64,000 nt of DNA, from NCBI GenBank assembly GCA_964508905.1, contig CAZDVO010000007.1, positions 198 to 64,197 on the forward strand, given 5' to 3'. Numbering within the stretch: the stretch's first letter is position 1; every line of letters starts with the position of its first letter. Of the stretch, positions 1-8,013 are shown piece after piece. This stretch comes from an uncultured bacterium. Lineage in GTDB: Bacteria; Omnitrophota; Omnitrophia; Omnitrophales; Aquincolibacteriaceae. Below the pieces are notes generated by a model that searched no databases, was not told the DNA's origin, and was given only the letters and a program-made list of their open reading frames with translations. The translations under genes and the position numbers were made by a program.

Positions 1-266
1 AGCGCCCTGGCAATGCCGAGTTGGATCGCTCCGGCCTGTCCCGCAACCCCCCCGCCCTCGACGCGGGCCCGGACACGGACCTGGCCGTGAAGGTTCGCGG
101 ACTTAAGCGGTTGGTCAACAAGCATCTGCAGATTCGCGCGCTTCAAATACTTGGCGGAATCCTGGCCATTGACCGTAAAGCCCTTCTGCCCCGGGAAAAC
201 CCAAACGCGGGCAATGGCTGTTTTACGGCGGCCTGTGGCGTACATATAAGCGGCGGAAGCGGTCAT
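1..266 (-). CDS. rpsI: 30S ribosomal protein S9, N-terminal part; the gene continues past the window start
   Basis: Own minus-strand translation from the ATG at about 264-266 gives MTASAAYMYATGRRKTAIARVWVFPGQKGFTVNGQ...EGGGVAGQAGAIQLGIARAL. This matches the uS9 hallmarks GRRKxAxARV and GGGxxGQAGAI. It is absent from the ORF track because it is truncated at the window edge. The start lies 5 nt downstream of the rplM stop, the classic rplM-rpsI operon arrangement. Confidence 0.85.
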   Translation of the reverse strand, partial: MTASAAYMYATGRRKTAIARVWVFPGQKGFTVNGQDSAKYLKRANLQMLVDQPLKSANLHGQVRVRARVEGGGVAGQAGAIQLGIARA

Positions 267-271
267 ACGGA

Positions 272-700
272 TTAAACCTCGATCTTGGTGGGTTTTTGCG
301 CCTGATTCCGATAGTCGGCATCGGGATAAACGCGGAGTCTTTTGAGCATCACATCCCCGATACGGTTCTTCGGGAGCATGCGCTTGACGGCGCGGAGAAT
401 GATCTCAGCCGGCTTCTTCGCCATCAGTTGTTCGTAGGTATAGGTCTTCAGACCGCTGGAATAACCGGTGTAATGCATATAGACCTTGTCTTCCTTTTTC
501 TTGCCGGTCACATGGACCTTGCGGGCATTGATCACCACGACCTGGTCGCCGGTCAATTTATCGCCCTGAAAGCAAGTCTTGTGTTTTCCGATCAGAAGAG
601 ACGCGATCTTGGTCGACATGCGCCCGAGGGTCTTCCCGTCGGCGTCGATCAAGTACGTCTTGCGTGCGATATCTTTTTCAGTAGGGATAAAAGTCTTCAT
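272..700 (-). CDS. rplM: 50S ribosomal protein L13
   Basis: The ORF-track protein from the internal MKTFIPTEKDIARKTYLIDADGKTLGR...YPDADYRNQ is typical uL13. The true start is probably the MTM/MKTF methionines at about 700-706, not the long ORF start at 796. Confidence 0.9.
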   Translation of the reverse strand: MKTFIPTEKDIARKTYLIDADGKTLGRMSTKIASLLIGKHKTCFQGDKLTGDQVVVINARKVHVTGKKKEDKVYMHYTGYSSGLKTYTYEQLMAKKPAEIILRAVKRMLPKNRIGDVMLKRLRVYPDADYRNQAQKPTKIEV

Positions 701-786
701 AGTCATCTTTTCTGTTGGTTTAAACCGGAAGTCGGAAAGGCGAGAAACCTTCATACGACCCGAAAATATCCTGACAAAGTTCGGGG

Positions 787-815
787 AGTATAACAAAAAC
801 CCCCTGGGCTGTCAA
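787..815 (-). promoter_or_regulatory. sigma70-type promoter for rplM-rpsI (minus strand): TTGACA, 17 nt, TATACT
   Basis: Reverse complement of 787-815 reads TTGACAgcccagggggtttttgtTATACT, leaving an approximately 80-nt leader before the rplM start. Confidence 0.55.
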
Positions 816-872
816 ACGTTAACCCCTCTTTTTTTTATCTCGTCCGCCGACGCCTGAGGGCCTTGAAAAGAA

Positions 873-901
873 GACTGCCGCGGGCTTTGATCGCCCGCGG
901 C
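873..901 (-). terminator. rho-independent-type terminator downstream of the secreted-protein gene
   Basis: GCCGCGGG (9-nt loop) CCCGCGGC forms an 8-bp GC stem. On the minus strand it is followed by TTCTTTT. Confidence 0.45.
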
Positions 902-934
902 AGTCATCGCCGTCCCAACGAAGATCCTGCTCCG

Positions 935-2164
935 TTACCGGTCTAAGAGCTCCCGTCTTTCTGTCACATTGATATTGAGGACATGTTGAAGATCGAACCC
1001 CGGATATTCTGCACGAAGCAGATTCGTTCCGATGGCATAGAATTGCTCGGTCGTCCCCACCGCGTCCAGATACACGATGGCCTTGTTGCGGTTCACATCT
1101 TCAAATTCGATCTTCACGTCGCCGTAGCCGCTCGCGAGCCGGAGGCCCATCACAAGCCGGTTCATCAAACTCAGATCCCGCGTCTCCACCACCTCGGGAG
1201 AACCATAATCATCGAAAGCGGTAAGCCCAACCACCCAGTTCCCAGGCTGCGACATACTATAAGAAAGCGTATACAGCGAAGAGCTCTGTTGGGCAAGCGA
1301 CGCGGTGGCCCCTTCAAAATCCGCGATCGAATAAACATGATGGACTTCCGAGAGCATGGTGACATCCGTCGCCGTCAGGGTAGGATCCGGAGCGATCAGC
1401 GGCGTGTACGAAAGGCCCGCGGTCTCGATCGCGAAGGAACCGCTCGCGCCCATCCTCGCGCGTTCCACGACGAATACCACTTCCGCAATATGGGTTGTAT
1501 CAAGATAAGAGGAATAATTGCTCAGATAAGCTCCTGATAAAGCATAATTCGTCATCGTCCCTGAAAGGGTGAGGAGAAACGAGGCGACATTCCCGGATGC
1601 GTCCTTAAGCTCCATTTTCAGTTTGGAACCCGCCGCACCGTTCACGCCCACGGTGATTCCGTTCGTAAGCGACATAGGCGTTCCGCTTGAAAGGTAGACA
1701 AAAGCATAATCGTCGGAATCGAGATTGCTGTACTGGACCTGGATATTCTTTGAAGAAGACTGCTGCGTCTGGATACTTCCGCTCACAACCGCACCACCAC
1801 TCCCCACGCCCGATCCAACTGACGGACGGTTCGGAAGCACCGTGTTCTGCGACGGATCATAGGCACTCGTAGCCGCGGCAGTTTTGGAAAGCGGACTGCT
1901 GGGCTCGACCGCAACACCCGAAGGCATGGTGGTGGCCCTGGCAACTTGCCTACCATTGGCTTCTTCAAGCGTGATCGTCCTTGTCGACCTCGAGGGATCT
2001 CTCGATAGCATTGCGTTGGTAGCCGCGAAGGAAGTAGGCACAGGGATCCCGTTAAAAATAAAAAAGACGGTTACGAGATTCGCAACCGTCTTCCGCATAA
2101 GTCCGTTATTTTTGAAACCGTTCAATGCATTGGAACCGATGTTTCGAAAACTTCTACCATCCAT
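935..2164 (-). CDS. hypothetical secreted or surface protein (409 aa, S/T/G/N-rich, no recognisable domain)
   Basis: Long ORF with a strong SD (GGAGGTG, 7 nt before the ATG at 2164). N-terminal hydrophobic segment VANLVTVFFIFNGIPVPTSFAATNA is a signal peptide. The rest is beta-rich and low-complexity. Confidence 0.6.
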   Translation of the reverse strand: MDGRSFRNIGSNALNGFKNNGLMRKTVANLVTVFFIFNGIPVPTSFAATNAMLSRDPSRSTRTITLEEANGRQVARATTMPSGVAVEPSSPLSKTAAATSAYDPSQNTVLPNRPSVGSGVGSGGAVVSGSIQTQQSSSKNIQVQYSNLDSDDYAFVYLSSGTPMSLTNGITVGVNGAAGSKLKMELKDASGNVASFLLTLSGTMTNYALSGAYLSNYSSYLDTTHIAEVVFVVERARMGASGSFAIETAGLSYTPLIAPDPTLTATDVTMLSEVHHVYSIADFEGATASLAQQSSSLYTLSYSMSQPGNWVVGLTAFDDYGSPEVVETRDLSLMNRLVMGLRLASGYGDVKIEFEDVNRNKAIVYLDAVGTTEQFYAIGTNLLRAEYPGFDLQHVLNINVTERRELLDR

Positions 2165-2249
2165 GGTAGCACCTCCGGATTTTTGTTTTCCAAACTCTTT
2201 ATTTCACCTATAAATCCTTTATTAAAAATTTTTAAAAGTATCTAGCTGA

Positions 2250-2277
2250 AGATTAACATGTTTTAATATTATGTCAA
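2250..2277 (-). promoter_or_regulatory. sigma70-type promoter (TTGACA, 16 nt, TAATCT) in a 210-bp AT-rich upstream region
   Basis: Reverse complement of 2250-2277 is TTGACAtaatattaaaacatgtTAATCT. An A-tract (aaaaaaagcaaaac) lies upstream, resembling an UP element. This AT-rich region contrasts with the GC-rich surroundings. Confidence 0.45.
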
Positions 2278-2373
2278 CCCTGTTTTGCTTTTTTTGATCA
2301 TTTCCACAAAAAATACGCTGCTGTATAGGGGGAATCGCGTGGGGAGAAACCACAAAAATAATGGGATTTAAGA

Positions 2374-3132
2374 TCAATAGCGGACTTTTATGAGAAAAAG
2401 ACCTTCGGCGGGGGCGGTCATGCCGGAAAAACGCCGGTCCTTGGCCTTCAGGATCTTAGCCATGGTATCGGACCCTCGTTTTCCACGGCCGACTTCCAGA
2501 AGGGTTCCTACGATGTTTCGGACCATATGATAGAGAAATCCATCCGCTTCAAAAAAGAACTTCAAAAGATGCCCTTCTTTTTTGATCCGAAGCGTCTTGA
2601 GGGTCCTGACAAAACTCACGTTCTTCCCGCTCCGCCCTTTCAGGACAACCCGCTCGGAGGTAAAGGACTGAAAATCATGACGCCCCATCAAATACCTTGC
2701 GGCCTTTTGCATGGCCTTCACATCGAGGGCATAAGGGACGTGAAGAGCACGGCCCAGGATCAGCGGCGAACGGCAGTGATGATTCCAGATCCGGTATTCA
2801 TAGACTTTCGAACGCACGCTGTAACGGGCATGAAAATCGGCGGGAACTTCTTCGATCCTGGTAACGGCCACAGCGGCCGGCAGAAGCGCGTTCAACCCTT
2901 TCTGGATCTGCCAGAGCTCATGACGGGCGGCCGTTTTAAAATGAACGACCTGGCCTTCGGCATGAACGCCGGTGTCCGTGCGGCCGCTCGCGGCGCCGAT
3001 CTTCATCTTCCGGTCAAAAAAAGAAGTAAGGGCTTTTTCGAGAGCTTCCTGGACCGTGGGCTTCCCGGGTTGCTTTTGGAATCCGAAGAACGGAGCCCCG
3101 TCATATTCGAGGGTGAGTTTGATATTTCTCAT
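2374..3132 (-). CDS. truA: tRNA pseudouridine(38-40) synthase TruA
   Basis: MRNIKLTLEYDGAPFFGFQKQ...GRTDTGVHAEGQVVHF...FLYHMVRNIVG, conserved TruA motifs including the catalytic Asp in RTDTGVH. Confidence 0.9.
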   Translation of the reverse strand: MRNIKLTLEYDGAPFFGFQKQPGKPTVQEALEKALTSFFDRKMKIGAASGRTDTGVHAEGQVVHFKTAARHELWQIQKGLNALLPAAVAVTRIEEVPADFHARYSVRSKVYEYRIWNHHCRSPLILGRALHVPYALDVKAMQKAARYLMGRHDFQSFTSERVVLKGRSGKNVSFVRTLKTLRIKKEGHLLKFFFEADGFLYHMVRNIVGTLLEVGRGKRGSDTMAKILKAKDRRFSGMTAPAEGLFLIKVRY

Positions 3133-3197
3133 ATTAGCGTCGAGCGTACAGCGCAGAGCGTAGAGTTATCTATCCGCTCTACGCTCTACGCTAAACA
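3133..3197. repeat. AGCGTNN heptamer-array repeat element (inverted pair, hairpin-forming)
   Basis: agcgtcg agcgtac agcgcag agcgtag ag, then ttatctatc, then cgctcta cgctcta cgctaaa. Left and right arms are reverse complements (stem about 12 bp). It lies between the asd stop and the truA start. Confidence 0.7.
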
Positions 3198-4205
3198 CTA
3201 GTTCTTGAAAAGGACTTCCGCGATCTGGACCGCGTTCGTGGCGGCTCCTTTACGGATCTGGTCGCCGGAAACGAACATCGCGAGCCCGTTCGTCACGCTC
3301 GGGTCCACCCGCAACCGGCCGACAAAAACATCATCCTGGCCCGTGGTCTCAAGCGGCATCGGGAAATAGTTCTTTTCGCGATCATCCACGATCTTCACGC
3401 CCGGCGCTTTCGAGAGAAGCGCGCGCGCTTCCTCAGGAGTGATCGGTTTTTCGGTCTCGATATGAAGCGCCTCGGAGTGAGCCCGAAGCACGGGAACACG
3501 CACGCAGGTCGCGGAGATCCGGATATCTGGGTCGTGGAAGATCTTATGGGTCTCTTTCACCATCTTGGTCTCTTCCTCATTGTAACCGTCCGGTCCGATC
3601 TTGGAATTATGGGAGAAGACGTTAAACGCGATCTGATGCGGCAATACGTTCTTCTGCACGGGACGCCCGGCCAGGAAATCCTGCGCCTGCAGCTGAAGCT
3701 CTTCCATCGCCTTCGCACCGGCCCCGCTCGCGGCCTGGTAGGTCGCGGCCACGAAACGTTTGATCCGGACAGCTTTGTGGATCGGCCAAAGCGGCACGAG
3801 TGCGATGATCGTCGAGCAGTTCGGATTGGCGATAATGCCCTTGTGTTTGGCGATATCTTCGGGGTTGATCTCAGGGATCACCAGCGGCACTTCGGGGTCC
3901 ATGCGGAACGCACTGGTATTATCCACAACGACCGCCCCCGCTTTCACGGCGTGCGGCGCGAGCGCCTTGGAGATCGAGCCGCCGGCGCTGGCAAGCACCA
4001 GGTCGATCCCTTTGAAGGAATCCGGGGTCGCCTCTTCGATCTTGTAGGTCTTCCCCAGGAACTTCTGTTCCTTACCGGCCGAGCGCCCCGAGGCAAGCAT
4101 CTTGATCGACGCGAACGGGAATTTCCGTTCCTCGAGAATAGCCAGAAGTTCCTGACCGACAGCACCGGTGACGCCGAGAATTGCGATCTTCAGATCTTTT
4201 TTCAT
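3198..4205 (-). CDS. asd: aspartate-semialdehyde dehydrogenase
   Basis: MKKDLKIAILGVTGAVGQ...NPNCSTI...TCVRVPV... is the Asd Rossmann N-terminus with the catalytic Cys in NPNCSTI. Confidence 0.95.
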   Translation of the reverse strand: MKKDLKIAILGVTGAVGQELLAILEERKFPFASIKMLASGRSAGKEQKFLGKTYKIEEATPDSFKGIDLVLASAGGSISKALAPHAVKAGAVVVDNTSAFRMDPEVPLVIPEINPEDIAKHKGIIANPNCSTIIALVPLWPIHKAVRIKRFVAATYQAASGAGAKAMEELQLQAQDFLAGRPVQKNVLPHQIAFNVFSHNSKIGPDGYNEEETKMVKETHKIFHDPDIRISATCVRVPVLRAHSEALHIETEKPITPEEARALLSKAPGVKIVDDREKNYFPMPLETTGQDDVFVGRLRVDPSVTNGLAMFVSGDQIRKGAATNAVQIAEVLFKN

Positions 4206-4226
4206 TTAGCGTATAGCGGAGAGCGT
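4206..4226. repeat. AGCGNNN heptamer array (x4), forward orientation
   Basis: agcgtat agcggag agcgttt agcgttt fills the whole 21-nt gap between the 4HB-gene stop and the asd start. Confidence 0.65.
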
Positions 4227-4586
4227 TTAGCGTTTAGGATTCAACATCCGCCACAGCATGCTCCCCACCTCCTTTATAAGTTGTTCAGCGATTTTATTTT
4301 CTCCGAAACCCAAGTCGACGCTGATCCGATACTGGGTCTCTAATTCGCAAAGTGATCCGTACGCGATGGATAAAAAATGGCGGTACTCTTTTGTAAAACT
4401 CCTCCCGTATCCTTCTGCAATATTAGAAGGGATTGAAACAGCCGACCGTCGGATCTGCTGAGACAAACCATAGGTCTCTTCTCTCGGGAACTTCTGCGAA
4501 AATTTATAAATTTCTTTGACCAACTCATACGACTTTTGCCATACGATCAAGTCTTTAAAAGAGTTGGTTTTCACTATCCGCTCCAC
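4227..4586 (-). CDS. four-helix-bundle protein (TIGR02436 / 23S rRNA-intervening-sequence protein family; the DGR Avd family)
   Basis: MERIVKTNSFKDLIVWQKSYELVKEIYKFSQKFPREETYGLSQQIRRSAVSIPSNIAEGYGR is a textbook member of this family (DLxVWqka..l...iy...FP..E.ygL.sQlrRAavSIpaNIAEG). The start is GTG at 4586, 4 nt after the leuB stop. Confidence 0.8.
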   Translation of the reverse strand: MERIVKTNSFKDLIVWQKSYELVKEIYKFSQKFPREETYGLSQQIRRSAVSIPSNIAEGYGRSFTKEYRHFLSIAYGSLCELETQYRISVDLGFGENKIAEQLIKEVGSMLWRMLNPKR

Positions 4587-4607
4587 GCTCTACGCTAGGC
4601 GCTCGAC
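4575..4607. repeat. CGCTNNN heptamer array (x4), inverted orientation relative to 4206-4226
   Basis: ccgctcc acgctct acgctag gcgctcg spans the leuB stop codon and contains the GTG start of the 4HB gene. Together with 4206-4226 it makes an inverted-repeat bracket around the 4HB gene. Confidence 0.65.
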
Positions 4608-5660
4608 CACAAGATCACCCATCTTCCGACAACCGACCTTAGTCGTGCCTTCTGTGTAAATATCCGCCGAGCGGTAACCGTCCGCTAGCACTTGTTCCAC
4701 CGCATGTTCGATCGCCCGCGCGGCCGTGGGTTGATCGAAGCTGTATTCCATCATCATGGCAAGCGACAGGATCGTCGCCAGCGGGTTGGCCATGTCTTTT
4801 CCGGCGATGTCTGGCGCGGAACCGTGCACGGGTTCATACATCGCGACCTTGTCGCCCATGGACGCCGACGGCAGCATACCGATCGAACCCGTCAGCATGG
4901 CCGACTCGTCGCTCAGGATATCCCCGAAAAGATTGCTCGTGACGATCACGTCGAACTGTTTGGGATCACGGATCAGTTGCATCGCGCAATCATCCACGTA
5001 CCGGTGGTTGAGCTCCACGTCCGGATACCCTTTTGCCACCTCGATCACGGCCTTCCGCCAAAGCTGGCTCACATCCAGGACGTTCGCCTTGTCGACCGAC
5101 GTCACTTTTTTGCGGCGTTTGCGCGCCATCTCAAAGGCCATCTTCGCGATCCGGATCACCTCAGAGGTCGTATACGCCATCGTATTGAAACCACGCTCTT
5201 CCCCGTTCGGCAGCTTCTCAATACCCCGCGGCATCCCGAAATAAACGCCGCTCACCAGCTCACGGAGGATCACAAAATCGAGCCCCTTCACGATCTCTTC
5301 CTTGATCGGCGAACGCGACACAAGCTGCGGGAACATCTTCACCGGGCGAAGGTTCGCGTAGGCATTGAGCCCCTTGCGAAGCCCGAGCAACCCTTTTTCC
5401 GGACGCTTATCGGAAGGAAGATGGTCCCATCTCGGACCGCCGACCGCGCCCAGAAACACAGCCTCGCAGGCCTTCGCTTTTTCAAGGGTTTCGGGCGTCA
5501 GAGGAACACCGAACTGATCGATCGAAGCCCCGCCCGCGAGGAACGACTCTGTCTTGAATTCCAAACTAAAAAGTTGCTCCACTTTCCGGAGCACCTTCAT
5601 GGCCTGTTCCGTTACTTCCGTTCCGATCCCGTCACCGGGGAAAACCGCGATCTTATGCAT
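4590..5660 (-). CDS. leuB: 3-isopropylmalate dehydrogenase
   Basis: MHKIAVFPGDGIGTEV...NLFGDILSDESAMLTGSIGMLPSAS is the LeuB/IDH family signature. Confidence 0.95.
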   Translation of the reverse strand: MHKIAVFPGDGIGTEVTEQAMKVLRKVEQLFSLEFKTESFLAGGASIDQFGVPLTPETLEKAKACEAVFLGAVGGPRWDHLPSDKRPEKGLLGLRKGLNAYANLRPVKMFPQLVSRSPIKEEIVKGLDFVILRELVSGVYFGMPRGIEKLPNGEERGFNTMAYTTSEVIRIAKMAFEMARKRRKKVTSVDKANVLDVSQLWRKAVIEVAKGYPDVELNHRYVDDCAMQLIRDPKQFDVIVTSNLFGDILSDESAMLTGSIGMLPSASMGDKVAMYEPVHGSAPDIAGKDMANPLATILSLAMMMEYSFDQPTAARAIEHAVEQVLADGYRSADIYTEGTTKVGCRKMGDLVVERLA

Positions 5661-5714
5661 CGATGTGTCCTGTCGGTTGAAGGTCCTGTGTATGCCGATA
5701 AAAACTTGGGGAGA

Positions 5715-7187
5715 TCAGTCTTTCTCGATCTTGAAGGGCCGGCGCTGCACGGTCTCGTAAAGCTGTTCGTACTTCCGGGCCGAGGAGGCCCATGAAAAAT
5801 CGCTCGTCATGGCGTTCTTCACCAACGCCTTCCAGAGTTTTTCCTGCTTGAACGTCTTGACGGCACGGAGCAGCGCCGCGTGCAACGCGTCGCTCGTGTA
5901 ATCTTCAAAAATAAAACCGTTCCCAGTCTGTTCCGCCTGATCGAAATCCTTGATCGTGTCGGCCAGCCCGCCGGTGGCGCGCACCACCGGCACCGCGCCA
6001 TACCGCAACCCGATGATCTGGCCTAATCCGCAGGGCTCGTAGTACGAAGGGACCAGCAACATATCCGAACCCGCATAGATCCGCTTGGCCATCTTGGGAT
6101 CGAAAACGATGTGGACCCCGAACCATTTTTTGTTCTTTTTCGCGAAATCGCGAAGCACTTGATGATACTGGTCATCGCCGGTCCCCAGAAGCACGAGTTG
6201 GACGTCCTGCTGCGATGAAAGCTTCTCCAATACGGGGACAAGGATATCCAAACCCTTTTGATCCACGAGCCGCGCGATGAATCCCACAAGAGGAATGGAC
6301 GGGTCCACTTTGAAGCCGTGTTCTTTCTGGAGCGCCGCTTTGTTCCGCGCCTTCCCTGAAAGATCGTTCAGGGCATACTGCGCATCGATATCCGGATCCG
6401 TCGCGGGGTCCCAATCTCTCGGGTCGATCCCGTTCACGATCCCTGTCACGCTATCTTTGCGCGCTGCAAGGACCCCTTCCATCCCACTGCCGAATGCCTT
6501 GGTCTGGATCTCCCGGCTGTAACGCTCGCTCACAGTCGTCACGGCATCCGCGAACACCAGCCCGCCCTTGAGGAAGCTGAACTTGCCGTAGAATTCCAGA
6601 AAATCGGACTTGTAGAGGTCCCACCCAAAACCCGTTGCCGGGAAAGAATCCGGTGGGAAATTCCCCTGATAAGCCAGATTATGGATCGTAAAAACGCTGC
6701 GCGTTTTCTTAAACGGCGCGTAACCCAGATCCGCGACCTTGAGATACACCGGCACCAACCCCGTCTGCCAGTCATGGCAGTGGATAATGTCCGGCGCAAG
6801 CTTCAGTTTTCCAATCGCCTTGAGCGCGGCGCGCTGAAAATACGTAAAGCGGCGGTCATTGTCCTGATAATCCCCGATAAGGGTCCCGTAAAGCTCCTCC
6901 CGCATAAAATAGTCCGGATGCTCCACAAAATAGACTTTCACGCCATTGGAGAGCTTTTTGGAGAAGATGCGCGTCGCCTCGAGTTGGTTGCCGACGATTA
7001 GTTCAAAATAATCGATCACCGTCTCGAGCTCGCACTGCTGGATGTCGATGGAGCGGTAACGCGGCATGAAGACCGAGACTTCATGGCCTAGCGCGCGGAC
7101 CGCTCCAGCGAGAGAACCGACAACATCCCCCAGGCCGCCGGTCTTGGCGAACGGAGCCATTTCAGAACTGAGGAAAAGGATCTTCAA
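5715..7187 (-). CDS. glgA: glycogen synthase (ADP-glucose type)
   Basis: MKILFLSSEMAPFAKTGGLGDVVGSL (KTGGL motif) with conserved GT5/GT1 cores (HCHDWQTGL, EPCGL). Confidence 0.9.
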   Translation of the reverse strand: MKILFLSSEMAPFAKTGGLGDVVGSLAGAVRALGHEVSVFMPRYRSIDIQQCELETVIDYFELIVGNQLEATRIFSKKLSNGVKVYFVEHPDYFMREELYGTLIGDYQDNDRRFTYFQRAALKAIGKLKLAPDIIHCHDWQTGLVPVYLKVADLGYAPFKKTRSVFTIHNLAYQGNFPPDSFPATGFGWDLYKSDFLEFYGKFSFLKGGLVFADAVTTVSERYSREIQTKAFGSGMEGVLAARKDSVTGIVNGIDPRDWDPATDPDIDAQYALNDLSGKARNKAALQKEHGFKVDPSIPLVGFIARLVDQKGLDILVPVLEKLSSQQDVQLVLLGTGDDQYHQVLRDFAKKNKKWFGVHIVFDPKMAKRIYAGSDMLLVPSYYEPCGLGQIIGLRYGAVPVVRATGGLADTIKDFDQAEQTGNGFIFEDYTSDALHAALLRAVKTFKQEKLWKALVKNAMTSDFSWASSARKYEQLYETVQRRPFKIEKD

Positions 7188-7208
7188 CGGGAATTAAGAC
7201 GCGGGATC

Positions 7209-7547
7209 TTACTTCGCGACTTCCACGACGCAGTTCCAGCTACCGAAAGCGTTGGGCACGCATTCGACGGGTTCCTGGGCGTTCTGCCAGACCCCGTCCA
7301 CGAGGTAGCGATATTGATAACGGCCGGGCTTTAACTTCAGAGAAACTTTCCAGTTCCCCGTCGCGTCCTTCTTGAGAGGGTTCTTATCCGCCTTCCAGCC
7401 GTTAAAACAGCCGCCGAGCTCGACCTTTTTGGCCAACGGCGCATAAAACTTGAAATCGATCATCTTGTCGCATGCGCCTTTGGCGGCACAGGGGGTCTTG
7501 GTGGTGTTCGTAACCTTCACGGTGCTGACTTTTGCTGCTTTTGCCAT
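7209..7547 (-). CDS. standalone glycogen-binding domain protein (CBM48 / AMPK-beta GBD-like), immediately upstream of glgA
   Basis: ...IDFKFYAPLAKKVELGGCFNGWKADKNPLKKDATGNWKVSLKLKPGRYQYRYLVDGVWQN matches the CBM48 pattern (F.......V.L.G.FN.W......L.....G.W......L.PG.Y.YKF.VDG.W). The likely start is the internal MAKAAK at 7547, preceded by AAGGAG. The ORF-track start at 7643 has no SD. Confidence 0.65.
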   Translation of the reverse strand: MAKAAKVSTVKVTNTTKTPCAAKGACDKMIDFKFYAPLAKKVELGGCFNGWKADKNPLKKDATGNWKVSLKLKPGRYQYRYLVDGVWQNAQEPVECVPNAFGSWNCVVEVAK

Positions 7548-7629
7548 GAGAGACTCCTTTTCCGTTTGTGAGATGGAAAAATTCGCGTAAGAAAAATGCG
7601 GTGAGAGATTATATATCACAAAAAACCGC

Positions 7630-7749
7630 TTGCCAAGAAACATCTCCTCACTATAATAGCCCGCCTATCCCAACTTTGGATTTCCTCCATTAAACGGTAG
7701 TTGGGATAGCCCCAATTTCAACAAGTTGAAATTGAAAGGTATTGGGACA
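7630..7749 (+). promoter_or_regulatory. rpmB promoter (TTGCCA, 16 nt, TATAAT) plus a structured leader of about 85 nt
   Basis: TTGCCA at 7630-7635 and TATAAT at 7652-7657. The leader carries two perfect inverted repeats: ctatcccaact/agttgggatag (11 bp; 7666-7676 and 7699-7709; loop contains CCTCC) and caatttcaac aa gttgaaattg (10 bp; 7713-7734). Confidence 0.55.
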
Positions 7750-8013
7750 ATGAGAACATGTGCTATCTGCAATAAGAAACCTTTAACGGGTAACTCGATC
7801 TGCCGTCGCGGTCTTGCAAAAAAGACGGGCGGTATCGGTAAGAAGATCACCGGCATCACGCGCCGCCGTTTCTATCCGAACCTTCAGAGGGTGAAGGTTC
7901 AGTTCCTCAACGGAACGGTCCGTCGCATTAATGTCTGCGTGAGTTGTTTGAAAGCCGGGAAAGTCAAGAAAGCGCCTTCCCGCCGTTCCTACACCGCTGC
8001 TCCGGCTGTTTAA
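7750..8013 (+). CDS. rpmB: 50S ribosomal protein L28
   Basis: MRTCAICNKKPLTGNSICRRGLAKKTGGIGKKITGITRRRFYPNLQRVKVQFLNGTVRRINVCVSCLK is the bL28 family. The ORF-track TTG at 7726 lies inside the leader hairpin, so ATG at 7750 is preferred. Confidence 0.85.
   Translation: MRTCAICNKKPLTGNSICRRGLAKKTGGIGKKITGITRRRFYPNLQRVKVQFLNGTVRRINVCVSCLKAGKVKKAPSRRSYTAAPAV

Noticed and set aside
21-275. 84-aa plus-strand ORF at the window start.
   Set aside because: It lies antisense to the clearly recognisable rpsI coding sequence.
4692-5795. Long plus-strand ORF (367 aa) and the nested ORF at 4756-5244, antisense to leuB.
   Set aside because: R/H/P-rich low-complexity translation typical of antisense frames in GC-rich DNA. 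It fully overlaps a confidently identified leuB.
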